A model generated the notes under the pieces. That model was given only the letters and a program-made list of their open reading frames with translations, was not told where the DNA came from and searched no databases. The position numbers were made by a program, and so were the translations under genes. This document shows positions 1 through 11,800 of a stretch of 64,000 nucleotides of DNA, piece by piece (the stretch's first letter is position 1; each line of letters begins with the position of its first letter). Source of the stretch: a virus. The stretch lies in IMG/VR virus record IMGVR_UViG_3300020451_000152, positions 10,263 through 74,262 of that record; one strand, 5' to 3'.

Positions 1-711
1 ACCACCTGGCAATTTAACACCTTGGAACTTTATAAGATTTTGTCCCCATTGTTTTTTTGTTTTTGCTGTTAGATATTTTTTCAGGAAATGATCATTATAA
101 ACTGAACTGTAATTTGCTGGATCCATTATTCTATAACACTCTATTAGAATGTATGTATTTTCTGTTATGGATGCCCAATCACAATCTATGTATAATCTAT
201 TATTTCTTTTATTATATCTTATTTGTGGAGTTGTTGTTAGAAGGAAATTAATATCTTCAAGATATGTTTTAGTCATTGAATAATTTAGAAGACCATTATA
301 TCCTAAATTGAATGCAATATCATTAAGGAACAATTGGTATTTAATATTGTACATACCACTACTAATAGCATTATTATCAAATTGATGAATTCTTTCTATA
401 CCAATAACAGAGTCAGGTACAGTTATAAAATTAGAATTCTCTTCAAATGCATCAGTTCCTTGAGTTGTAGTTGTAATACCCACATCAAAACCACCACCTC
501 TTGCTCTACCAGATCGTATATCCTCAGTGGTAATTTTATACTTAAGTAATACCTTTTCAACTCCATCAAAATGTCTTTCATAAAACAATTGTAATGAATC
601 ATCTAATAAATCATCAAACTGTTCATCGGCAACATTGATCTCCAATATAGGAGCACCTAATTGCCTAAAAACATAATCTTGTAATGTTAGTCTACTATTT
701 GGTTTTGCCAT
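1..711 (-). CDS. gp13: Neck protein gp13 (5' part; runs off the window edge)
   Basis: Absent from the ORF track. Manual translation from the ATG at 711 gives MAKPNSRLTLQDYVFRQLGAPILEINVADEQFDDLLDDSLQLFYERHFDGVEK, the typical T4-like gp13 N-terminus (LGAP..INV...Q..D..D.A/S...Y..HFDG). The start overlaps the upstream stop (TAATG). Confidence 0.9.
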   Translation of the reverse strand, partial: MAKPNSRLTLQDYVFRQLGAPILEINVADEQFDDLLDDSLQLFYERHFDGVEKVLLKYKITTEDIRSGRARGGGFDVGITTTTQGTDAFEENSNFITVPDSVIGIERIHQFDNNAISSGMYNIKYQLFLNDIAFNLGYNGLLNYSMTKTYLEDINFLLTTTPQIRYNKRNNRLYIDCDWASITENTYILIECYRIMDPANYSSVYNDHFLKKYLTAKTKKQWGQNLIKFQGVKLPGG

Positions 712-3700
712 TAGAAGAATCCTCCATCGATAGAGTCAGACCATGTTGGAACTCCAGCAGCGTTCGTGGTCATAACATAGTTAGAAGTAGTTAGGAATCC
801 AACTGTACTTGCTGTACTTACTAATCTACCATCTGCTTCAAAGTAACCCATACCATTAGGACCACTGTATCCAATACCAGTGCTTCCTCCTTGATCTGAG
901 CGATAGTATAAACCGTTCTTAAATGTAGCGTAACCAACAACATTAAAGTTATCTTGGATTGTTACTTGACCTGATGCAGAATCAAGAACAAGTTCTCCAC
1001 TATTAGTTTCAATCTTAGTACTAGAACTACCTGCACCAATCTTGATATCAGATATAGTAGCAACTCCACTAATGACAGTTAAGTTGAGTGTACTGATACC
1101 AGTTACATTTAAGTTTCTACCTTGAACTTCATCATAGTAAACATCACCAATTACATTCAAGTTACCAGCAACAAATACATCTTGCTGGAAGGTTGCTATA
1201 CCAACAAAGGTAGAGAAACCAGCAAAGGTCATCTCAGTAGCAATACCAGTTTGAATCCTAGCGTTAGTAATAGCAAAGTTAGTTGCTAAACCAGCATTAA
1301 TCTTAGCGTCAAGTACATCTAGATTAGTAACATCAATTGTTGTAATTGTTGCTGCAGTACCTGTAAGAGATGTTACAACACCTACATCAATAAATGCGTT
1401 AGTTGTAATAGCAACTCTAGTCTTAAGAGTATCACTAACATACACGCCATAGTCTGTAGTTTCTAAGCGTTTTGTATTATCGTGGAAGAGCTCTACTCTA
1501 GAATCTGTTATAAAGTTGGCAAGATTCTCTCCATTTGTTTTTTGAAGAGAGATATAGTTATCAGATTGAATAATGAACTGTCCAGTTCCATCATCTCTGA
1601 TGTAACTATTATCACCCGTATGGTAGATTTTTAAATCTTGTCCATGACCAAATGTAAGATTAGCAGAGTCAGCAAAGTGACCATCAGTTGCAAATCCAAC
1701 TGTACCAGCAACACCTATGACAATATCGTCAACAAATGTAGATACACCTGTGACATTTAGGTTTGATGATATGTCTACATCTGCATTGATATCAAGATCG
1801 CCACCGTATGTTGAAACACCAGTTATATTAACACGCTCAAATTGAGCAGTATCTAAAACATCAAGTCTATCTCTAGGTGATGCAGTTCCGATACCCAACT
1901 TCTGATTGGCATCAAGACGCATACCTTCAACATTATCAGTGTTAAATCTGATAGTGCCATCACTACCAGAATCATCTAGAGCAATAGAGGTGTCATTTTT
2001 CTGGAACGCATCTAACTGAATAACTGTAGCAGTTAAGATACCTAAGATGTTTACATCACCAGTGATGTTAATATCACCAGCACCAGCAGGATCAATATTA
2101 ATATCTCCTGAAGTCGATTCAATACTGTTACCAGCAATTTGGATATTACCAAATGTACCACTGTTAGGAGTAATCGTACTGTTGTTACTACCATCAGTTA
2201 TTACTAGTGAAGATAGTGCTTGTAGACTTGTTACTTGTTGTGAGAATGATACTGTACCATTTTCTTGATCAACGAAGAACGCTTCACCAACTCTGAAGTC
2301 TCCTCTTTGGTCAATACTTACATAAGATACATCACCGTTATTAACTTCAGTAACTTCGTTCGCTTGTATCGCTAAGTTAGGATCGTTTGTAATATCTGCA
2401 CCAGCACCAACTTGGTTGAAGTTGAGTGCAAACATTCTTAACGAAACACCTTCACCATCAGCGATAACACCCTTTTGACCATACTCAACAGCACAACCAA
2501 CTGAACGCATGTCAGCACCGAACTGACTATAATCAGCAAGGATAACCTTTGTTGCAGTTCCAATTCCACCACCTGCTTGAGTGATGCGAATATCTTGATT
2601 GCGAACTATGTTATCAGTAGTTGTACTGATACCATTAGCACCGTTAAAGTTAAGTAGTAATCTAGTATCCTTATCACCTGTTAACTCAGCAGTAGGAGCA
2701 GTGAAGTTTGCTGTGTACTTAGCAACACCATACTCTACTCTGAAATCATCAATCCAACCTGTTACATTATTGCTTGCTCCATCAAAATCAGCACCAATTA
2801 CAAGACCTTTAGATGCACCATAATCTGTAGTGTCTGAAGTCTTGATACCTCTTTGTGTACCATCAACAAATAGTCTTGTGTTTGTACCACCTCTTGCAAT
2901 TGCATAGTGCTTCCAAACTCCAGTAGCAATACCAGCACCAGATCCAGTGATAGCAGTAGTTGTACCAACTCTTAGGTCAACTTCACCAGCAGCACGATAT
3001 GCAAGACTTAGACCGTTAGTATCAGATCCATTATCTCTTAAGTCAAAGAGAGTTGCACTAGAGAGTCCAGTTGTATTTGAGTATGCCCAGAATTCAACTG
3101 TGAAGTCTGTGTTAGTTCCAAATCCAAGATCTCCACTAGAAGGAACACTAATAGAATCATTAGTACCATCTAACTTAAGTGATGCAGTACCAAACTTCTT
3201 AACAGATGTGTCTAGTTGAGCACCATCATTAAATGTTACTGTCTTAGCGGTTCTAGCGTTAAGAACTTCAAATCCAGTTTGTTTGCCAGTTACCTCTAGG
3301 TATGTGCCATCATAGTTAGCAACAACTGCAGTACCTAAACCAGTAGTTCCATCAGTATCAAATAGAGTAACAGTGTTACCAACACCAACTGTGGTAATAC
3401 CAGTTAATCTTAATCTAGTCTTACCTGCAGAGTGAATACCAAGAGATCCAGATACACCTTTGATCGCTTCAGATGCAAAGTATGTAAATGCATTCAAGTA
3501 CTCTGAACGAGCACCGTTGGTTATTACAACACCCTGACTGTTTGGTACGATAAATGTAACCTCATTGAAGAGCATCGCTGCCTCAATGGATCCTGCTGCC
3601 ATTTCAGAACCATCTATGTATGCACCAGCACCAGCAATATATGATGATGGATTAGAATCAGCAGAATTATATCCATATGGATCAGTAGCAGTTACATTGC

Positions 3701-6700
3701 TACCTTTATTGAATACAGTTACACGCTGTACATAAGGTGATCTAGCAGTAACAGCAATACCAGGAGCAAACTTGAAAGCAAAACCTTCATTTGCTGATGT
3801 ATTGAAGTACATCTCAGCAATAGTTAAGTCTTCAACAACTGATCTGTCATTCAATAAGAATCCATCTTTCTGCTTAGTAGCAGTAGTTGGTTTAATTTTT
3901 GTCGCTCTAAGACCACTACCTTTAACAGTCAATCCAGCAGGAACTGTTAGTGGGAATACTTCTTCATATACACCACCACCAATGGTTAGAACTTCATTCT
4001 CTCCTATAATGTTTGGTGACTTACCAACATTAAGACTAAATGATGTACTGTTTATTACAGTAACAGCAGTTGTTACACCTGCAATAGGATCAGTTGCTCT
4101 TGGATAAGTATGGTTAGATCCATTATTATCTTTTGAACATGTGAATGTTAATGAATTATTATCAAGAGTGATAGTATCAGCAGTTGACAATCCATGAGCA
4201 GATCCAAATGATAATGTTAATTTACCTGTACCTTGTTCGTATACAGCACCGTTAGGCGTTTTTTCGTTTCCAGACTCAGCACCACTTTGTACATTGACAG
4301 CATTACTTGCTGCAGATACAAATGTATGATCGTAAATATTACTTATTCTTGACAGTGCATAAGCAACTGTTTTAAATGGTCTATCGTCAGTGCGTCCACG
4401 AGAAGGTGCATTGTCATCAACACCATGTTTATCAACAAACCATACATCTGTTGCTGCATTGATAGTAGCAATACCAATCTGTGCAGGTTCACGCCATGTT
4501 ATTGTTCCAGCATCATCAGTACTTAAAATATGCTGAGTATTGATACCAACGACTCCAGTAGAGTCATATAGAGAAGTTATATAACCAGCATTGATCTTAG
4601 CAGTTAATGCATCAAGGTCAGAAACATCAATTGTAGTTATAGATGCAGCAGTACCAACGATGTCTGTGATAATACCAGAGGTAATCTTGACATCCTTAAG
4701 ATCTGCAGTCTCAGTATCAAAGGTTGTGATAGTGGCATAAGTACCAACTATTGATGTTATAACACCAGCAGTGATCTTAGCATTAACAATATCTCCTTCT
4801 TGTACATCGAGAGTTGTAATAGTTGCTGCAGTACCGACAACATCAGTAACAGCGATTCCAGTAAAACTTAAGTTATCAGCACTAAGAGTTGTTATATGTG
4901 CTGTTGTGATAGTTGCGTAAGTACCAACCAATGATGTTACAACACCAGCAGTGATCTTAGCATTTACTATATCTCCTTCAGTCGCATCAATCGTTGTGAT
5001 TGTAGCAGCAGTACCAACAATGTCAGTAATGATACCTGAAGTAATCTTAACATCTTTAAGATCTGCAGTCTCAGTATCAAAGGTCGTAATGGTAGCATAT
5101 GTACCAACCAATGATGTAATGATACCAGTTGTAACCTTAACATCGTTAAGATCAGCAGTCTCAGTATCAAATACTGTTATAGTTGCATAAGTACCAACTT
5201 GAGATGTAATGATACCAGCAGTAATCTTAGCATCTAAAATATCAGCAGCATCTAAATGTGCTGTACCATCAATGTAAATATCTTTCCATTCTCTATCTGT
5301 AGTACCTAGATCGTGAGTGTCATCAGCAGCAGGATTGAATTTTTGGTTAACAGTCCAAGCACCTCTTGTTAGATCCCACTCAATAGTTTTATCAGTAGTA
5401 CCTTTTAAAGTAATACCACCACCAGAAGCGGAAGCATCTGAGGCAGATCCAGAAGTGGTTACACCAAGTTCAATGTTCTTATCATTGACCTGCATGATAG
5501 CACTTTGCAGGTATGATGTTGTTCCTTCAACATCAAGATTACCCTTTATTAAAGTGTTACCAGTAACAGTTAGTGCTCCACCAACTCTTGCATCTCTTGT
5601 AACATCTAAGTCAGTGATAGTAGAATATGTACTGACTAAAGAAGTAACAACTCCAGCAGTGATCTTGCCGTAAACGGCATCCATGTAATCAAAGTCTGCT
5701 TGAGTATAAGTAACACCAAAACCAGATAGAGATGTAACAACACCAACCGTGATATATGCGTTAGTTGTTAGACCAACTTCATTACGGAAATAAGTTGCAT
5801 CAAAGTCAGTTGCTAAACCAGCAACAATTTTTGCTTGCTCAATATCTGCGTTGATAAAATCAACATTAGTAATAGTAGCAGCAGTACCAACTGTATCAGT
5901 TACAGCAAGTCCAGTTATATTAGTTTGCTTCGCATCTAGGGTCTCAATATCAACCACACTGATAGTTGAATAAGTACCAACATAAGATGTTACAACACCT
6001 ACATCAATATAAGCATTTGTTATAATACCAACTTGATTGACTAAGTTAGTTACCGCTAAATCAGTAGCAAGACCAACTGTAATTTTAATATCTTCTACAT
6101 CTACATCAACAAAATCAGCTCTGGTAATTGTTGCTGCAGTACCAGTTTGATCTGTAATAATACCAGTTTGAATCTTGGCATATGTGATTGCTAGATCAGT
6201 TGCTAAACCAGCAGTGATCTTGATATCCTCAATACCAATATCATTAACATCTAATTGAGGTATAGTAGCAACACCAGTGATGTTGACATCACCATCTACA
6301 TCGAGCAACGCTGTAGGAGTTGTGGTTCCAATACCAACCCAACCGTCACTATTACCTGAAACCCACTTAACATCACCTGAACCAATTATTAACTGATCAT
6401 CTTGCTCTGGATATCTAACATCTTGTCCTTTACCAATGATAACATTGTTATTACCAGTGTTATTAGCACCAGCAGAATTACCAATGGCAACATTATCACT
6501 ACCCATTACATTGTAAAGGGCAAATGCACCAATAGCAATATTATTACTTTGGTTGGTTGATATACCAGCACCCCATAGTGCTTGTCTACCTATACCAATG
6601 TTCTGATCGTGATCTTCCTTACCACTATTTGTTGTGATACCAGCTCTTACTACTAAGAATCCATAGGTATCAGTTAATCCAATACTACCAGTTGATAGGT

Positions 6701-7940
6701 AGATAGCATCGTTTAGATCAGTTAATAAAGCAAAATTATCCTGCCCCTTAACTGTAAACTGTTGACCAATTAATTTTGCTAGATGAGCATTAGTACAAGT
6801 ACCAATGTTAAATGATAGGTTGCCAGTAACAGCATTATTAATTGTTCCTAAGTCACCAAGACTCTGGATAGCAATTGCAAAGTCACCACCTTCTAGGTTA
6901 GCAAAATTATCTGTAGTACCATATACTCTGTAAGCATATGGATCATTTGTTAGAGAACTAGTATCAGAGAATGAAATACTACTCGCATCACCAGTCTCAC
7001 CATAAGTAATGACAGATTGAGAACCTAAATCCTGTCCAACTTTATCACCAATATAGATGTTATGTGAACCTTCTGCTTCTTGTCCAGCAAAGTTACCTAA
7101 GAAAATATTAGATTCTGCTTTAGTTTGACCACCTTTTTGGAAGGCACTGTTACCAATAGCAATGTTTCTCTTAGTATCTGCTGCTAAACCAGCTTGATTA
7201 CCAGCGTAGTTACCAATGAACATACCCTGACGGTCATTACCATCAGTCTCTAATTTACCTGCTTCTCTACCAACTCTAATTAACTGAGTTCTGAAGTCAT
7301 AGTTGTTCTCAATAGTTGAGATACCACTAATAGTTAAGTTCTTAGTAGTCGTAGCATGACTTACATTAATCTGCTCAAACTGTGCAGATGTAGCATTCCA
7401 ATCATTATATGTACCAGCAACACCAGCAATAGCACTGACAAGACCAACTCTGTTTGTAAAGTATGGAGTATCAAGTGTTGATGTAATGCCAAGAGTGGCA
7501 ATAGTACCAATACCATTGATCTGAATATTTCTACCAGTTACCTCGTCATATGAAATATCTCCTGTTACATTTAACTGTCCACCTACTGTTAGGTCACCAG
7601 ATACAGTGGCTGCAGATCCAACAACTAAATCAGTTTGAACATTCCAAGATACAATTTGCCCTGAAGGGTTAAGAATAACCGCTTTAGATGCAGTTGGTTT
7701 ACCAAAGTCTGCAGGGTTATCGGGCAGCATTTGTGTATAGTACTCACCACCAATCGGTATGGGAGCTGCTGTATTACCCGAAGGGTCACCAATATATAAT
7801 TTCTTGTAAGACTTACCAGCACCTACATTTGTAACATCATAGGTGTAAACTAGTTCACCAAAAGATACACCAGTTCCAACTGGTGCTGCGGTTGGTGGAG
7901 AGGTTCCTTGCGTCCTCTTAATTAGAATAGTAGCAGACAT
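711..7940 (-). CDS. Large virion fibre/structural protein (2409 aa) with 30-aa tandem repeats, an adhesin-like segment and a LamG/concanavalin-A-like domain
   Basis: LamG signature (SLKLDGTND...DFTVEFWAY...WKHYAIAR...RLFVDG...GWIDDFRV), N.AIG..A repeats, GIGT motifs, C-terminal IDGGFF. Lies just upstream of gp13, as in cyanomyoviruses. Confidence 0.8.
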   Translation of the reverse strand: MSATILIKRTQGTSPPTAAPVGTGVSFGELVYTYDVTNVGAGKSYKKLYIGDPSGNTAAPIPIGGEYYTQMLPDNPADFGKPTASKAVILNPSGQIVSWNVQTDLVVGSAATVSGDLTVGGQLNVTGDISYDEVTGRNIQINGIGTIATLGITSTLDTPYFTNRVGLVSAIAGVAGTYNDWNATSAQFEQINVSHATTTKNLTISGISTIENNYDFRTQLIRVGREAGKLETDGNDRQGMFIGNYAGNQAGLAADTKRNIAIGNSAFQKGGQTKAESNIFLGNFAGQEAEGSHNIYIGDKVGQDLGSQSVITYGETGDASSISFSDTSSLTNDPYAYRVYGTTDNFANLEGGDFAIAIQSLGDLGTINNAVTGNLSFNIGTCTNAHLAKLIGQQFTVKGQDNFALLTDLNDAIYLSTGSIGLTDTYGFLVVRAGITTNSGKEDHDQNIGIGRQALWGAGISTNQSNNIAIGAFALYNVMGSDNVAIGNSAGANNTGNNNVIIGKGQDVRYPEQDDQLIIGSGDVKWVSGNSDGWVGIGTTTPTALLDVDGDVNITGVATIPQLDVNDIGIEDIKITAGLATDLAITYAKIQTGIITDQTGTAATITRADFVDVDVEDIKITVGLATDLAVTNLVNQVGIITNAYIDVGVVTSYVGTYSTISVVDIETLDAKQTNITGLAVTDTVGTAATITNVDFINADIEQAKIVAGLATDFDATYFRNEVGLTTNAYITVGVVTSLSGFGVTYTQADFDYMDAVYGKITAGVVTSLVSTYSTITDLDVTRDARVGGALTVTGNTLIKGNLDVEGTTSYLQSAIMQVNDKNIELGVTTSGSASDASASGGGITLKGTTDKTIEWDLTRGAWTVNQKFNPAADDTHDLGTTDREWKDIYIDGTAHLDAADILDAKITAGIITSQVGTYATITVFDTETADLNDVKVTTGIITSLVGTYATITTFDTETADLKDVKITSGIITDIVGTAATITTIDATEGDIVNAKITAGVVTSLVGTYATITTAHITTLSADNLSFTGIAVTDVVGTAATITTLDVQEGDIVNAKITAGVITSIVGTYATITTFDTETADLKDVKITSGIITDIVGTAASITTIDVSDLDALTAKINAGYITSLYDSTGVVGINTQHILSTDDAGTITWREPAQIGIATINAATDVWFVDKHGVDDNAPSRGRTDDRPFKTVAYALSRISNIYDHTFVSAASNAVNVQSGAESGNEKTPNGAVYEQGTGKLTLSFGSAHGLSTADTITLDNNSLTFTCSKDNNGSNHTYPRATDPIAGVTTAVTVINSTSFSLNVGKSPNIIGENEVLTIGGGVYEEVFPLTVPAGLTVKGSGLRATKIKPTTATKQKDGFLLNDRSVVEDLTIAEMYFNTSANEGFAFKFAPGIAVTARSPYVQRVTVFNKGSNVTATDPYGYNSADSNPSSYIAGAGAYIDGSEMAAGSIEAAMLFNEVTFIVPNSQGVVITNGARSEYLNAFTYFASEAIKGVSGSLGIHSAGKTRLRLTGITTVGVGNTVTLFDTDGTTGLGTAVVANYDGTYLEVTGKQTGFEVLNARTAKTVTFNDGAQLDTSVKKFGTASLKLDGTNDSISVPSSGDLGFGTNTDFTVEFWAYSNTTGLSSATLFDLRDNGSDTNGLSLAYRAAGEVDLRVGTTTAITGSGAGIATGVWKHYAIARGGTNTRLFVDGTQRGIKTSDTTDYGASKGLVIGADFDGASNNVTGWIDDFRVEYGVAKYTANFTAPTAELTGDKDTRLLLNFNGANGISTTTDNIVRNQDIRITQAGGGIGTATKVILADYSQFGADMRSVGCAVEYGQKGVIADGEGVSLRMFALNFNQVGAGADITNDPNLAIQANEVTEVNNGDVSYVSIDQRGDFRVGEAFFVDQENGTVSFSQQVTSLQALSSLVITDGSNNSTITPNSGTFGNIQIAGNSIESTSGDINIDPAGAGDINITGDVNILGILTATVIQLDAFQKNDTSIALDDSGSDGTIRFNTDNVEGMRLDANQKLGIGTASPRDRLDVLDTAQFERVNITGVSTYGGDLDINADVDISSNLNVTGVSTFVDDIVIGVAGTVGFATDGHFADSANLTFGHGQDLKIYHTGDNSYIRDDGTGQFIIQSDNYISLQKTNGENLANFITDSRVELFHDNTKRLETTDYGVYVSDTLKTRVAITTNAFIDVGVVTSLTGTAATITTIDVTNLDVLDAKINAGLATNFAITNARIQTGIATEMTFAGFSTFVGIATFQQDVFVAGNLNVIGDVYYDEVQGRNLNVTGISTLNLTVISGVATISDIKIGAGSSSTKIETNSGELVLDSASGQVTIQDNFNVVGYATFKNGLYYRSDQGGSTGIGYSGPNGMGYFEADGRLVSTASTVGFLTTSNYVMTTNAAGVPTWSDSIDGGFF
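4560..6260 (-). repeat. ~90-bp (30-aa) degenerate tandem repeats AKITAGVVTSLVGTYATITTxD inside the fibre gene
   Basis: Visible in the translation. DNA copies such as taagatctgcagtctcagtatcaaagg at ~4697 and ~5057 are 360 nt (4x90) apart; a variant lies 90 nt further on. Confidence 0.85.
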
Positions 7941-8156
7941 TTAGTATTCTCCTCCGTCAACAGTAGTGGTTGGCAGAGTGGTCTGTGTTACGAACTTAGC
8001 AGACGCTGAGTCGTAAACTAGAAAACTACCATTTGTTAAGGCATTAGCGTTTACATCGGATAGTAAAACTAGTTTACCTCCACCGCCTCCTCCTCCTAGT
8101 GATCCACTGGCAATAACCTTAACTTGGCTGCCAGTACCAATTCGTAATGATGGCAT
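7941..8156 (-). CDS. Small virion-associated hypothetical protein
   Basis: 71 aa with an LSDVN...GSFLVYDS...KFV fibre-type motif and C-terminal VDGGEY. Abuts both neighbours. Confidence 0.7.
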   Translation of the reverse strand: MPSLRIGTGSQVKVIASGSLGGGGGGGKLVLLSDVNANALTNGSFLVYDSASAKFVTQTTLPTTTVDGGEY

Positions 8157-8494
8157 TACCTTGTTACCCCTGCTCTAACATTGATCATTCCTTCAACGAC
8201 CTTTACTTTAGAACCAGTATTGTCTGTCAAAACAACATCATACAAATAGCGACCTGGTCTGATATCGGTTGTTATGCTTGATGCCATAGAGATTTGTATC
8301 TCTCCATCAGTGGCACTAGATATTGTCGAGGCAAACGCAACATAGCTGTTGCTACCTGCCCACTTCCGCAGTTGTGAATTTACTGAAAAACCCGACAGAT
8401 TTAGGGTAGTATTGTTATCGTTATCACCAAGAGCAAATAAATGTTCAAATTCAGTACCCGATTCTATCTGCAAGTTAGAGACAAAAACTGCCAT
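8156..8494 (-). CDS. Conserved cyanophage structural hypothetical protein (BppU N-terminal-like)
   Basis: 112 aa, NLSGF...SQLRK...G.I.ISM...T..I.PGRYLYDVVL...KVVEGMINV pattern. A late-promoter-like CTAAATA lies just upstream. Confidence 0.7.
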   Translation of the reverse strand: MAVFVSNLQIESGTEFEHLFALGDNDNNTTLNLSGFSVNSQLRKWAGSNSYVAFASTISSATDGEIQISMASSITTDIRPGRYLYDVVLTDNTGSKVKVVEGMINVRAGVTR

Positions 8495-8514
8495 CTTTAA
8501 TGCTGACTATTATC

Positions 8515-8670
8515 CTATAAGGTATTTAGTTTCTTTATCTCTACTAAAAGTGTATCCACCTTGTTTTCGAGTCTTTCTACACTAGCTTTTAGTATTTCTA
8601 TATCATTAACTTCAGAAGGTCCAGCATCACCATAGTGATATTTTAAAAATTCTGTGTGTCCGTCTCTCAT
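8515..8670 (-). CDS. Small coiled-coil hypothetical protein (51 aa)
   Basis: Manual translation MRDGHTEFLKYHYGDAGPSEVNDIEILKASVERLENKVDTLLVEIKKLNTL. Fills the gap, with an ATGA overlap to the upstream gene. Confidence 0.6.
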   Translation of the reverse strand: MRDGHTEFLKYHYGDAGPSEVNDIEILKASVERLENKVDTLLVEIKKLNTL

Positions 8671-8864
8671 AATTTCTCTACAATTTTTGCGAGCATACTC
8701 TTTATCTCAGAGATCTCTTCTTTCATACTATCTAGTTCAGCTCTCTCAAGTTGTTTTTTATTTTTTGCTTGCATGTAGGCAGTATAAGAGGAGCTATCGG
8801 TGTTTACGATAGCTCCTGATTTCTCGTCTCTATACAAGTGTGGGTGTCCTTCAACTCTCTGCAT
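8667..8864 (-). CDS. Conserved cyanophage hypothetical protein
   Basis: MQRVEGHPHLYRDEKSGAIVN... with a coiled-coil C-terminus. Translationally coupled to the upstream gene. Confidence 0.75.
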   Translation of the reverse strand: MQRVEGHPHLYRDEKSGAIVNTDSSSYTAYMQAKNKKQLERAELDSMKEEISEIKSMLAKIVEKL

Positions 8865-11800
8865 TATGCTAGTGCTAACGCCCTTACATTTTTAATGATA
8901 GGTATCTCTGCTTGATTAGTACCATTCATCACAACCTTAATAATAAATCCTGTGAAAGGTGCTAAATCGTTAGCAGTGTACTGATACTCATTCCATCTAG
9001 ATTCAGGGTTAATAAACTTATCTGGATTACCGTCAGGACCAGGTAGAGTAAGTCTTACCTTATCTCCAAACCCATCTCCATCAGTGTCTACCAAATTAAA
9101 GTAACCTGGGAAGAGATCAAATGATTGATCAACTTCACTAGAATCACCTCTGATCAAACTATACATTACTCTGAAATCAACAGATGCAGGTCTAAAGGCA
9201 TCAAAGATAACCTTTAATGAAGTTGCAGGTTGTTTGATTTTAATAATCTTAGACATGTAATATGAAGTATGTAAATCTCCATAGATAACATTTGCTCTAG
9301 GATCAATTGAGTAATCTGCAATAGGTTTGTTAAGTCTATTAGATGAGAATAACATCTTAGCAGTATCAAGGCATAACATTGGAGAACTCCAGAAGTTACC
9401 ACCATTAGACATTGCGATTCTAGTTGTTAGAGATTTATTTCTAAACAAACCAGTTAATTTACTTAACTCATTAACTTCAGATGCAACTATTCTTGTAGTG
9501 TCAAGTTTAGTTTCTTCATTAAGACCAACAGGAATAAATCCAAGATCGGTGAATGAGGTCTCAGAACCATCTACACTAGTTCCACTAACAGTTCTAATGT
9601 TCACAGTAGCACTGTCAGAAGCACCAGGTGTAGTTATATCATACAATGGGGTTATTGTATCATACTGGATGTTTTTGGACGCATGAGCAGCGATACCGCC
9701 ACCAAAGACTTCCTCACTGAATGAGAGTTGAGGTACACTGATACCAGAGATATCAACTGACCTACCTTCTCTATCAACTTTAATCAATAAATCATCCATA
9801 TTTTTCTCTTGAGATTCTACATCATGTTCAGTATTAATCTTGGTTAGAGAAACTCCACCAAACTCATACTTTTTGATAATAGAACCAGACGCATGGTTGA
9901 TTGACTGGGTATTATTAATACCTCTTACAATACCACCAAGAGTATTGATACCAACGCTAGTATAAGATATAATTTCATTATTAATCAAAGCGTATGCAGT
10001 ATTTGCTGCACTAACTAATACTCCTTCAAATACATCGAATCCTGTACTATCTCCAATAGAAATATTGGTAGTAGTAGAATTGACTAAAGTAGATAATGTT
10101 GATGGTAAAGTATTAGGTTCAACGCCACTAATTGCAACTTTGTTTCCTATACCATACATTCCGTGATTGAAGTAAGATACTCTTGCATACTCACCAGTGT
10201 AAACACTACCAGTAGCATCATATCTGTATACATCAGTTCCAGAATCAACAACTGTACCTGCCTCGTGGAAGTAAGTTAAATCACCACCAGCAGTAAACTC
10301 TTCTGCTTGAATACCAGTTAGATATAGAGTGTCAAGACCTGCAATAGAATTGATACCGATTCTGACTCCAGAACCACTACCACTCATATCAGCAGTTACG
10401 ACACCAACCATATCACCAACTTTATATCCATTACCAGCAACAGCAATTGTTGCAGCAGTAATTGTTGAGTTACCAGCACCAACTGTTACTCCTAACTTAA
10501 GTCCAGTTCCTTCACCAGTAATGTTGAAGGTTCTAACTTGTGCTATAGGTGTTCCATAATTAGATCCATTTGTGGTAATACCTACAACACCAGTTGCAGG
10601 ACCACCAGCATCTTCAATAAATCCATAACGGTAACTAGCAGTGCTATCTCCTACCTTTCTACCCTGAGTGAATACTGTTCCAATCAATCCAGCATTTGTT
10701 GTGGTTGTAAAACCAACAGCAGCTTTCTTGGGAAGTGCTTCAATAGGATTTTTATTCAAGGCATTGAGTACACCATTATTAGGTCTAATTGGTGGGTTCT
10801 GGAATGTAACAACACCATCAGTAGAACTAAATTTCGCTCTATAAATCTTGAATGTCATGTCTTCAAATTGACATGGTGTCCATTCACGACCATTCTGTGA
10901 CTTGTAAAGTGAACCAACTAAGAATTGGTTTGAATACACTCTTCCAGAAGCATTAGGTAGAGATTGTGCGTTGATGGCAGTTTGACCCATTTCAGCAGTA
11001 AAGATCTCATATCCATTTGCAGGAGCACCAACAACTAAAGCATAAGGTTTAGCAGGTTCCAACCAAATTGGAGCAGGGAATGTAAATCTAGTCGCTACAG
11101 ATGCATCAGTTGATACTTCTATATTTGCAGGATCTATCGATACATGTGCATCAGGCGTAAGGATTTCTCCTTTAGGGATGCCAAGTTCCATTGCTCTAAT
11201 TTGAGCAAAAGGAGCACGAGTAGGATCGTTATCTTTAGTAGCAAAGAAAACATCAACAGCAGTTACATAAGCACCATGTTCATCCACAACGAATGATTGT
11301 GCAAGAGGATCATCATCCTGACTTTCTACAACAGGTACTGGTACAGGTACTGGTACGGGAACAGGATTTGGAACAGGAACAATAACGGGCACAGGCACAT
11401 TATTTGTAACCTCAACAATCTCCGTAACAGTATTATCAATTATTGTAGTGTTCTCAATAATGACAGGAGGTGGTGGTGGAGGTGGTGGGGGCGGTCTTCG
11501 GTTAATAAAGGTCAGTCCGTAATCACGCTGTACTGTCGTAGTTTCTAGAGTTGTAACTCTAACATCAGTTTGTATTAGTCTTGTAGTTCCTACAGCAGTG
11601 TATATTGCAGATGCATTTGATATTAAACTACTACCTCTCAATCCAGTTGAGTTTGTATTACTAGATGTAATTCTAAATTCTCTTTCACCTGATCTAACTC
11701 TTGCCAATGGTATGGGTGATGAATTAGGATTTCTAATCCATACAGCTCCGTAGAGATCTCCCCAAGCATCAGTTCTTAAATCAAGATCTGAAATAGTTGC

